Of a DNA stretch of 64,000 nt, positions 13,540 to 26,500 are shown one piece after another. Made by a program: the position numbers and the translations under genes. Numbering within the stretch: position 1 is the first letter of the stretch; each line of letters opens with the position of its first letter. A model generated the notes under the pieces. The model saw only the letters and a list, made by a program, of their open reading frames with translations. It was not told the origin of the DNA and did not search any database. The stretch is from Chrysomallon squamiferum (lineage: Eukaryota > Animalia > Mollusca): the NCBI GenBank assembly GCA_012295275.1, contig CM022668.1:1860001-1924000 (forward strand), written 5' to 3'.

Positions 13540-13765
13540 AAAGTAAATTTAGCAAAATAATCTGTAAAATATATAATAAGTTGTTTTGGGACTTCATTGA
13601 TTAAATTTCAGATGTCTCATCTTAACTCTGATAACACACTAACACCATCCAGATGTTAAGAGCAAAACTGCCTCAACCTGGATAGATCTGACTAAACAAG
13701 CCTAAAGCTTACTATAAAGTGTCCGTTACATAATTCAAGGGAGATCACTCCAATTACTATAAAGT
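13540..13765 (+). repeat. Dispersed repeat, copy 2 (related to 9355-9630), in the likely PITRM1 3' UTR
   Basis: Same collinear blocks as copy 1, same orientation, diverged. Confidence 0.8.
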
Positions 13766-13941
13766 TAGGATCAGATAATTTGCTACAATAATAATGAGGA
13801 GGAGCACAAGAAGAAGAAGAAGATAATAATAATAATAATAAATTCTTTAGAACAATTTTTATTTAATTATATGTTCTTTTGGGATTGTCTCTATTATTGA
13901 TTAAGTTAGACATATTTTAAAACCTATTTGGTGTTTTAAAA

Positions 13942-16900
13942 TTATCCTTTAAGAATTTTCCAAGTTGAATCTTTCTTTACATCCTCATTGGCTGGTCCCA
14001 GAAATGAGATTGCAGTTGGTGATGTTGTCTTCACCAGATGTCTAAAAATAAATAAATAAATAAATAAATATATAAGTGAGAAAATAAATAAACAAATAAA
14101 CAAAGTAAGAAAAAGAACCAGTCAACAAATATGAATGAAAATATTAAGTTAAAAAATAAATTATTAAAAATGATTAAAGTTAAAACTATTTTTCAATAAA
14201 GATGTTTAAAACTGACAAATATAAAATTTAAAGATTTAAGAACATTAATGAAAATGTAGATTTTAATATGATATGATTGTTTTTTTGATAAAAATATGAA
14301 AGCAGTGCTGAGTGGTATAAAGACTTAATTCTATCAGGTAAGCGTGACAGTGACATACAATTTTCATTGGATAAAGTAACTTGATATAAGACACCCATCT
14401 GCTGAGTACACCCCACTGGATCCTCACTTAACTCACCTCTCTGCAACCTGCATGAGGTCGTTACGAGTGACAGCAAACAGCTTGTCGCGTGACTTCTGTC
14501 TCATCTCATCTGTGATGTGTTCTAGAAACAACGTCCTTCCTATCTTTCCTGGAGGTACAGGCTTGTCTGTCTACAACAACAACAACATCATCATTATTAT
14601 TATCACTGTTCTACAAGTAACACCCTTGTTATCTTTCCTAAAGGTGCAGGTTTGTGTGTCTACAACAACAAACTAGTAGTAAAAATAATATATATGCAGT
14701 AGTAGCAACATGAACAGCATTAGTAGTAGTAGTAGCAATAGCAGCAGCAGTAGTAGTAATTGTAATAGAAATAGTAGTAGTAGTAATGGTAATGGTAATA
14801 GTGGTGACAGTGGTGGTGGTGGTGGTGGTGGTGGTATTGGTAGTTGTAATAAAGAAGTAAAATCATGTAGTGGTAGAATAAAAATGGTAGAAGAAATAAC
14901 TGTATTGGTATCTGAAGTACTAATGAATATAAAATTAGTATTTTATGAATATTAGTAGCAGCCATTGTAATGGTAGAATACATAGCAGTAGTGATGATGA
15001 AGTGACAGCACTGTCAGTAGTAGTTGTTGTAGTTGTAGTAGCTGCAGTAACTGTAACAAATGAAAACCAACCTGCTGAAATACTCCAAGTTTGGCCTCAT
15101 CGACGTCAGTGTCGCTGTAGTCTCCTTTGGCTGCCCATGTGACTGCGTCGTCAAACACGTTCAACGTCTGCAGTGAGCGAGGATCTCTACAACACAGTTC
15201 ATTACTTCCAGTCACCCTCCAGTGTAACAACAACATTCTAATACTAATACTAATACTTACAATTACTGCTACTTATTTAGATTTTTTCCAGTATATATGT
15301 TTACAACTTTTTATAATAGTGTTTATAATTTAATTTTAATACTTAGACTTGTTAGAGGAATATTTAATAATTACAATCACTGCCATTTATTTAGATATTT
15401 TCCAGTTAATGTTTACAATTTTTTGGAACAGAGTTTATATTTTTAAACTTTGAGGAATATCTAATAATTATAATTACTATCATTTATTTAGATATTTTCT
15501 AGTAAATGTGTATACAATTCTTTATAACAGAATTCATAATTTTTAAATTTAGAGGAATATCTAATAATTATAATTACTATCATTTATTTAGATATTTTCT
15601 AGTAAACATGTTTACAATTTCTTAAAATAGAGTTTATGATTTCAATTATATATTGTTTATATACACAAACATCAGTAGATCCTTTCAGTAATATTACAGG
15701 TATCTTAGTTGATACCATTACTATCAATCAACTCCTACAATTTCTTTTCTGACTTAAATGGAAATTATCATTTAAAATAAATATAACAAAGAATTTAAAT
15801 GTGTCTTATGTGTCTTACTACCCACCTGTAGGAGAAGAAGTTAAAACAGCCACTGGAATTCAGTGCCCCACTTCCATAGGCCCCACCTTTCTCTCTGTAT
15901 AAAAATAGTGTAAATACCAGTGTTGGTTATTAGCAACATAATCAACTTTCTACTTAGAAATTTTAAACAGATTTTTAACAAGGAATAAAGAAATACTTCA
16001 GTCTAATTTGATCTGTCTGAAATGTGAAGTTTAAAAGAAGCAAGAAATTAAAATGAGCAGTAAAAAGTGCTATTTAGAATTACCATATATTGCTTGTTTT
16101 TTTTTTTTTTTTTTTTTAAATTTAGACGTTCTATATATTTTTAGAAGATTTTGAATTAACTATAAGACATATATATGTATCTATATATTTTTTTTTAACA
16201 TAATTTTGAAGTAGTGTTTATTTTTAAATAAAATTTAGAAGTACTGTATATTATTACAAAATTTGTAAGTAGCATATATAGAGGAGCAATGTATACTTTT
16301 CATAAAAGGAAAACAACAAGGAGTATTAAAGGTGTCAGGATACATAATTTAAATCTCGACAGACACGCCCGCTGACCTGTCAGAAAGCCTGCCCGTCGCA
16401 GACGTGCTTCACAACAGCTAGCTCTGATTAGCACGTTAATTTTTTTCCTATTCCTATTCCTATAATTTAAATATTTTAAACATTTATTTCTCACCTGATT
16501 TCTCTGTGAAGATATTTTCTTGACAGCAAATTGCCCAGAACTTTGAGCCTGAAAAACAAACAAAAAATAACAAAATAAATCTTCTGAATTTAATAATTTA
16601 TTTAAATTATATTTATTTATGTATTATTTATTTATTTAAAATGTACCATTATTAACTACAATTAGGAAAAAACATAACAAAAACCCCCCAACTATTTTAA
16701 TTCATATAAAAACATCATTCAGATTAACTAAATAAAATATAAATATTATATCTCTTATGTTTATTGTAACTCTTGATTTATAAAACTGTACACCATGTTA
16801 AATTAAGTTAAAGAAAAACTCATCTTATTTGAAAGTAATTATAAAAGCTCTGTGATTGACAGTATGTGAGTAATATTATAAAAACAGATCTGCTCACACT

Positions 16901-17297
16901 GGGAAATCTGGGTGTGAGTAAGGAACCGAACAGAAACTTTTACTCATGTAGTTGACTGAAAAAGGCAACTCAAATTGAGTCTTTGAACTCTTTGGCTCAA
17001 ATGTGCTGTCCTGTAAGAGAAAGATAACTTTAAAAAAAAACAGAAAAATAAAAAATTAAAACTGTTACAATGTTTTTACTGACAGATCTATAGCATTGAT
17101 ATTTCTGTATGATCACTTTTCTTACACAACACCACAACACACAATACATACAGTCATAAAAACAAATTTATACACACATTAGAAATACTATTCATATACA
17201 AATACATTAACACATACAATTCACAGATACACACAGTACATAGAGTACAAAAACAGATATATAGTTATGAACACTGGCACACACAGACACACACACA

Positions 17298-17336
<39 letters not shown>

Positions 17337-17347
17337 ACACACACACA

Positions 17348-17396
<49 letters not shown>

Positions 17397-20300
17397 AGAG
17401 ACACTCACTTACCTTAACGTATTTGTAACCGTCTGCTAGTGTAGGTCTTCCTGGCAGGTTGTCTGTGAATTTCTCTACAAGTTTCAACGTGGAGTCCATC
17501 GACTCAGGCGTCCCATTCACCATCACCCTGTTTATTTTACATAAACACATATTTATTTTTACATAAACAGACAGTTATTTTTATTTTAAATAAACACATA
17601 TTTTTATTTTTACATAAACAGATATTTATTTTTATTATTAAAAAAAAAACAATTAAACAAATTAACCTACTGTTATTATTATTATTCTTTTTTAAATAAA
17701 TAATAAACTGCTTTGTTTTACTTTTAAGTAAACAAATAAACAATTGTTTTGATTTGAACAATTAGCATAGATTCTGGAGTCACATTGATCATCATTACGA
17801 GTTCATAATTTAAATATTTAACAAAACAGCCTTTATATTTAGACAAATTATCAGTAAACTTGAGTTCACTGCAAACTGTAACTAGCTATATAACATTTTA
17901 ATATTCATTTTATATTTTTAATTTTAAAGTTTAACATTACATTTTCCTTTAATAAGGTCAAAGGGAACGTTTTTTTATCATAGTAAATAGAAATACATTC
18001 TTATTATATAAATTTTTAAAATTACATGTAATTATTTTTATTATTTCTTTGCAACATATATTCATGTTTCTTGCAGATACATGCTGTATATACACTAAGA
18101 CAGAAAAACAGATAGATTTAAAGGAAGAATTACAAGATGACAGACAAACAGACAAGACAGATCAGTGGATATAATCAATTATTTTTTTTTTTTTTGTAGA
18201 ATTATCTCTCACCTCAGAATGTTTTTGTTAAGTAAGCATTTTGCAATCTGCTGAAGTTTAGAAACAATGTCGTCCAGATCTCTCGACTCTGATACTTTCT
18301 TCATAAATGAAATCTGAAAAAGTAAATAAACATCAAATTATGTTTCCATATCTTGTTGTTTTAATTACACATTTGTCTTTATATTTTAATAGTAAGATTG
18401 AGATCAGCTAGTGGCTCAAACAAAGCCTGTCTTAAAGTTAATAATTTAACATGTTACAGAACAAAAAAATATATATTTTTGTTTTTACTGGGATACTATT
18501 TTACCTGTAATTTTTTTTACCTGTGAAATTCCAGAGAAGTTTTCTTTGATTCTTCCGACAGCGTTGAGATTGGAGTTGGCGTATGTCATTGCGTAGGAGT
18601 GGCCGACAGACACAACACTGTTTGCTAGGTCACTGGCTCTCATGTGTATCAACGTCGTCAGTCGGTTTGTATCAGTGAAATCAGGACTGGAAATTTACAC
18701 ACAACATACACTTTTAGTAATTGTAATTAAAACAATTTACACATAGAATACACTTTTAAGTTTATTGTAATAAAACAATTTACACATAGCATACACTTTT
18801 AGTAATTGTAATAAAACAATTTACACATAGCATACTTTTAGTTTATTGTAATAAAACAATTTACACATAGCATACGCTTTTAGTTTATTGTATTTAAACA
18901 ATTTACACAGCATACATTTTTGGTTCATTTTAATAATACAATTTACAGTTAGCATACACTTTTACTTTACTGTTGTAATTCAATTTACACAGCATAAACT
19001 TTTATTTCATTGTAAAACAATTTAGACATAGCTAAACTCTTTTAGTTCATTTAAAAAAAAAACATTTACACCCTTGACACAAGTCTATTTTAACATTTTA
19101 ATACAAGTAATAAATTCTGATGTTTTTGCATAGTGCACAAATTAAATTTTAATACTGAAGCTTAGGATAAATTGTTAATTTTTGTTTTTCTAGACTTATA
19201 AAAACAATATAACTTAGTAAAATCTATAACAGTTCTTTGTTTAAATATCAGTACTGTATAATAAAATAAAATTTTATATGTCAGAATGTTTGTATGACTG
19301 TGCATCTTATTATCACATTTAGAGATATGACATACAAATATTTTTAATTATACATATTTAAAACTAATATTTATTAATTATTATTATTTATCTATATGGC
19401 AGAGGTTTTAAACTGTTTTTGTGACAGAGTGAAGCATTAATTAACAGATAAATGTAGAAGTAAACAGAAGTTTGCTTACCTCTGGAAGATGTGTGACCAC
19501 AAACTTAACATCTTCTCCGTGTTTTTCTGTAAACAGTTCGACACAAAGAACACTCCCTGAAAGAAAAATGAATGAATGAATAAATGGTTGCCATGACAAC
19601 CTAATGCTTACAAGAAATCCATCAGTACTCTCTTAGACATTGTTAAAGTTACTTTTTACCTGCTCATACTCATAGACATTGTTAAAGTAGTTTTACCTGC
19701 TCATACTCATAGACATTGTTAAAGTAGTTTTACCTGCTCATACTCATAGACATTGTTAAAGTAGTTTTACCTGCTCATACTCATAGACATTGTTAAAGTA
19801 GTTTTACCTGCTCATACTCATAGACATGGTTAAAGTTACTAAATATTTACCTGCTCATACTCATAGACATGGTTAAAGTAGTTTTACCTGCTCATACTCA
19901 TAGACGTTGTTAAAGTAGTTTTACCTGCTCATACTCATAGACATTGTTAAAGTTACTGAATATTTACCTGCTCATACTCATAGACATGGTTAAAGTAGTT
20001 TTACCTGCTCATACTCATTGCTGGAGGCAAGGTGAGAAGACAGGTGGGGGTGAGCGCCCAGCCCCCCCGTGTACAGATCCATCTCCTGTGACAGAGCCTT
20101 GAAGTCGTACGGACCAGCCCCCATCCTGAAAGAAAAATAATCTGAAAAACATTTCTTTACACAAAAGAGTTTGTACACTAACTCAAATATGTGTATGTCA
20201 AGCCTCTATATAAAATATATTAATAAAGGTATTTAATGATATAAATCATTTAAAAATAATAAAAACAGATTTAATTCTGTAATATATTTCTTTATGATAA

Positions 20301-22463
20301 AGAGTTTGTATATGAACTCAAATATCTGTTTTTAAGTGTATCTAAATTCTGTAAAAATGATATAAATAATTTAAACATAATAAAGAGTCAGTGAGATTTC
20401 ATTTCTCTGTTACAAAATGAGATAAACCTCTCTGTTTGTTTGTTATGTTGGTTGTAGAAATGGCATTACAGTAGTTGTAGCTGTAGTAAAAGTATGAGTA
20501 GTAGAGGAAGGGAAGGAAGAGGAAGATGAAGATGAAGAAATATAGTAGTAATAGTAGTGGTAATAAAAGGACTGGTGATAGCTGTTGTAGTAGTAATGGT
20601 AGTAGTGATAGTGGTGGTCTCAGTAGCAGATGTAGTAGTAGTAGTATTAATGGAAGCTGTTGTAGTAGTAGTAAACACTAGTAGTAGTATTAATGGTAGC
20701 TGTTGTAGTGGTAGTAGTAACACTAGTAGTAGTATTAATGGAAGCTGTTGTAGAGGTAGTAGTAACACTAGTAGTAGTATTAATGGAAGCTGTTGTAGTG
20801 GTAGTAGTAACACTAGTAGTAGTATTAATGGAAGCTGTTGTAGTAGTAGTAACACTAGTAGTAGTATTAATGGAAGCTGTTGTAGAGGTAGTAGTAACAC
20901 TAGTAGTAGTATTAATGGAAGCTGTTGTTGTAGTAGTAACACTAGTAGCAGTATTAATGGAAGCTGTTGTAGTGGTAGTAGTAACACTAGTAGTAGTATT
21001 AATGGAAGCTGTTGTAGTGGTAGTAGTAGCAGTATTAATGGAAGCTGTTGTAGTATTAACACTGGAAGCTGGTGGTAGCTGTTGTAGTGGTAGTAACACT
21101 AGTAGTTGTATTAATGGTAGCTGTTGTTGGTAGTAGTAACACTAGTAGTAGTATTAATGGAAGCTGTTGTAGTAGTATTAATGGAAGCTGTTGTAGTAGT
21201 AGTAGTAACACTAGTAGTAGTATTAATGGAAGCTGTTGTTGTAGTAGTAGTAACACTAGTAGTAGTATTAATGGTAGCTGTTGTTGTGGTAGTAACACTA
21301 GTAGTAGTATTAATGGAAGCTGTTGTTGTAGTAGTAGTAACACTAGTAGTAGTATTAATGGAAGCTGTTGTTGTGGTAGTAGTAACACTAGGAGCAGTAT
21401 TAATGGAAGCTGTTGTAGTGGTAGTAGTAACACTAGTAGTAGTATTAATGGAAGCTGTTGTAGTGGTAGTAGTAACACTAGTAGTAGTATTAATGGAAGC
21501 TGTTGGTGGTAGTAGTAACACTAGTAGAAGTATTAATGGAAGCTGTTGTAGAGGTAGTAGTAGAAGACTGTACTCACCTAGTGATGACGCTACAGAACAG
21601 TGGGACGTACATCTTCAAGTCGTCTGGGACGTCGTCCATGCTGGACACAAAGCTGAGGTACGTCACCTCGTTAGTGGGCTGGGGTGAGTACAGGACTGGT
21701 ACACTATCTGTCGTTAACAAGTAAACAAGTAAACAAATAAATAAACAAACCAAATATACAGTCACCATGACAGTCACTATCTGTCATTAACTGGTAAACA
21801 AGTAAACAAAACAAACCAAATATCAGTCACCATGACTGGTAACAATCTGTAGACAAATAAATAAACAAACAAACAAATAAATATACAGTCACCATGACTG
21901 GTACACTATCTGTCATTAACAAGTAACAATTAGACAAATAAATAAAATAGATTCACCAATCATGTTTGAACACAAAACTCACGGAAAGATGAAGTTTTAA
22001 CCACTTCGGGTTTGATCTTTGGGTCAAGGTCACTCAAGCGTAACGTGGGCAGACATGAAAAATCCTCAACTGACATCTGTTGTTTCATCAACTCCTGTCC
22101 TGCCAAACAAAACAGCAAAAATATCATTTAACATTTTATATAAACTCTAAATCATTTAGAATGTGTATCAAGAAAACACAGTTAAAGTGCTCTATATTAC
22201 ATAACACTGTGTATTACACTGTGTATTACATAATACTGACCATTACCACACTGTGTATTACACCCACCTCTGCTAAAGATATCTTCCTTCTCCTGTTCTG
22301 TGAGTTTTGAGACAAGTTTAGAAAGTCTTTCTTCTTCTCCTTCCTGTCTTTTCTTCTCATAGTCTGCATCTGGCTTCATACTCAGTGTCAGATTGTGTGG
22401 GTTTTCCTATTTTATTTATCACAGAAATAAACACATCATAATTTAATAATTTATAGTAGTAGA

Positions 22464-22520
<57 letters not shown>

Positions 22521-23463
22521 CATTTATAATAGGTTATCACAGAAATAAAAAAAAAAAAAAAAAATAATAATAGTAGTAATACTAATAACAATACTACTAC
22601 TGCTATTACTAAAATAATACAAATGGTAAAAAGCAAAAAAAACCTCAGAAACTGTTTATCAAGATTCTGTTTTAACACATGCACACAGATACACAAATCA
22701 ATAAGATCATTAAAATCTATACCCATTTTAATAAAATCAGAAACTCAGCAGAAATAAATTTGAAGTAAACAACACACATTTATAATTATGAAAGAGCTAA
22801 CATTAATATTAAACAAATAGTTATCCTTTCATTCAAAGTTAAATTGAACTGATTAGTCAAGTTTTAAAACATTTTAGAGATAAGCCATATTTCTCTCACT
22901 CACTTTAAAATACTTTTTCACTTTGTCTTGGAGAAATCTTGGGTTTTCTTTCAGTTCTGTTTGAAACATTTTCACATGTTTGTTTATTTGCAGCAGTTCA
23001 CTGGGGTCACCATCGTGTATCCATGTGGAAACCGCACCCTAAATAATTTATATTTTTACAGCTCATTGTTTTAAATTTTTACATATCATTCATTATATTT
23101 CATAGAGCTGAGATCAAAATTATTTATATTTATATTATTTTTAAATATTACAATTAAAATTCGAATTTAATTAAATTTTTATTTTACAGTTTTTAAACTG
23201 TCAAAACAAATTTATATTTTTACAATTTCATCCTGATAATAAAGGTCAGGTTCACACAAACATACAGATGTACGGTTAGGTTGATAATCAACTCAGTGAC
23301 TTGTATAAAGTACAGAAAACTTACAACTGCCAGAGCTAGACCAAAGTTCTCTGTCTGGTGTTTCAGAGCAAGTTCTATTTTATGTAAAGCAGCATCTATT
23401 CTCTTCTGGTCAAATCCCTCACTGCAAAATAATTTCAATAATTTTAATAATTTTAATAATAAT

Positions 23464-23508
<45 letters not shown>

Positions 23509-26500
23509 CAATAAAAACAACTCTTAACAACATCAATAATAAGTAAATGGCATTACTTAAATAAAAAATATTTAAACAAAATGAACTGATACATTTGTCA
23601 GATGACTCTATAATAGTGTGAGTTATATACAGTATGAGTTGTACAATGTCTGATGTGTCTACCATGTGTATTTATATATAGATATATAATATGTATTCAT
23701 ATATACACACACACACACATACATATATATACACACATATATACATACATGCTCACAAAGTATGTGTGTTCATTCAGTCACAGAGGGGGCACTGCACAAT
23801 GAATAAAAACTCACTTGATGACTTTGTCAAACGTCTCTGCTATGATCTGTCTCACTTTGTTTACATCTTCGTCTCTGATTCCCTGTAAACCAACAGAAAA
23901 TGTCGCCTCCTTCGTGTGACCGTCATAGCTACAATGACATTTCACACCAAAATTAACATTTCATAAAACATTTCATAGTAAAACAGCTTCACATAAACTA
24001 TAACTGACTTGTCAAATCTGAATAAATCATTTTTGTGTTTGTTTTTAGTGTTAAAATCTTTACCAAACTGTAAATATTATCTACAAATATTTCTCTTTTT
24101 TAACAAATTTTTCAGATTTTCTTGTAAACTTTTGATTGTAACTTATACTGGATTGGAGCCTACCATTTTAAAATTAAATTCAAAGACAATATTTAGAGAT
24201 TTGTACAAAGATTTATTCAACAACAAATGTGCCGTTTCTTTACCTTTCAGAATATGCATATACTTGTCATATATTTCAGTCACACATTAAATGAAATCAT
24301 GTGTTCAAATACCACGTACTGAAAAATGCTACAAACTTTTGTTCTAACCCAATACAACATAAATAAAAAATAAATAAAATTTTTAGAAATAATTCTGTAT
24401 ACATTGTTATCTGTAAGTATCTGTCTGTCTGTCTGTGTGTCTCTCATACACAAATTAAGTAACAAATCTGCTCACCCTAACACAGGTGCGTAGCCGACTG
24501 CCAATGTTTGCCTCCAGCAGAGCATGATAAAACGGAGCTGTCTCGCCGTTGACCAGGAGTTCGCAATGATGCTCATTGTAAATGCTTCGTATGTGTCAGT
24601 GATACTGTAGACATGAACAAATTACTTAGTAACAGTTTTAATTTGATCAGAATATTTATTTACTTTTCTTCAAAATAAGAGTAAATATACAGTAAAAAGA
24701 ACTTCAGTTTTTTAAATAACAGAAATACATCTTGAGAAAAGAAAAAATGTCAAACTTTGTTTTGCTTAGATAAATATTATTATTATTAAGGATAATAATA
24801 ACATGAACTGTAGATAATGTTTTGTATGTATCACTAATGCTGTCATTTGAGTGTGACACTAAATCATTTTGTATTAATGGGTTGTAAAATGAGAAAAAAT
24901 GTTAACATGAAAATTGAAATGATAGTAATAATCTCAATAAACAAACTGAATTAAGTTTATTAATATCAGCAATAAAATGTAATTCAGATAAAAAAAATAT
25001 ATATTATTTAGAAAAAGTTTAATTTTTTTTATAAATAAATTAATAAATAAAATTCACTAATCAAGTTAAATTAACATAAGTAACTAAATAATTAATAAAA
25101 AAAAAGAAAAAAAGAAAAAATATATATACTAATTAAGTAGTTCAAAAGAAATTTAACATTAAAAAAATAATAATAATAAAATGACTTCAACTAATATACA
25201 TACCTGCAACTGATGCTACAAAGAAAAACAATTAAAAAAAAAAAGAATTAAGTAAAATAAAGGTGGTCTTACTCTTGTAAAAGAAAACTGACTGCGACTG
25301 TTGTTTGTTTCTGTGGGTCAGGGGCCATCGGGTCAGGGGGACAAGTTGTCTGTGATGTCACCTGACAAATTAAAAATTAACAATACAGGTGTATAAATAT
25401 TTGTAATATATTCATAAACAGGTATTTGTAATCTGGTATTAGTAAACTGGTATTTGTAAGCTGGTATTTGTAAACTGGTATTTGTAAACTGGTATTTGTA
25501 ATCTGGTATTTGTAAACTGGTATTTGTAATCTGGTATTTGTAATCTGGTATTTGTAAACAGACTTACTGGTTGTTTCCACCGTGGCTGAGCAGGAACTGC
25601 TGTGCTGACAGGAATCTGTTTAAAATGTTTCAGGTAATTCTCGTTAATAAACTTCAGGTGGTCTTCCATTGGAAAACTGCCATACGTGAAAAATCTGGAA
25701 AAATAAATAAACATTTCAACTAATTAAAATATTTATAAAATAAAACATATATCACAAATTGAATAATAATAAACGAAAATCACAACCTTTTTTATAAACA
25801 TGTAGAATTAATTATTAGACAAACCTATGTCACCTTTAATGATTAGAAATACCTGTATTACTAGGAATTACCTGAACTATCTCTTATCTATAACTACTTG
25901 AAATACATGTTATCTGTAATCATTAGAAATATTTGTTACCTGCAATTAATACAAATACCTATGTTACCTATAATTACTATATTACCTGTATTTACTGGCT
26001 ATACATATAATTACCTGGAGTTACTAGGGTGGTAATGTGTGTCATGAAATTCTTTCAGCTGTTGCCAGGTGAGTTCAGGGATGTGGGCGGGGTCCCCCCC
26101 AGACACCACCCCATACGTGTGATGTGGTAATAGTCGATTGTGAGCAGCCTGGGAGAACACATCATGTGAACTTGACTGAAATCACAAAACAAACAAATAT
26201 TACACATTTAAATGTATTTAACAAGATATTAAATAAACAGTGATATGTCTTTAACAAAATATTAGTATTAATAAAACAATAAATTGTAACAAAATTTAAA
26301 TGTTTAACAAAATATTAGTTTTAATAAAACAATAGTAGATATCTAAAATATATTTACTAGAAATACTAGTAATAATTAAATAGTAATTTTTATTTAATAC
26401 ATTTAAATATACATAAAAAAATGCTAATTTAAATTAAAACATATTTAAATACATTTAACAAAATATTAGTGTTAATTAGACAGTAATTTGCATTTCACAC

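Noticed and set aside
20466-21724. Long overlapping mucin-like or Ser/Val/Leu-rich ORFs on both strands
   Set aside because: Products of a triplet-based minisatellite in PITRM1 intron 16 that is open in most frames; only 21578-21707 is a real exon.
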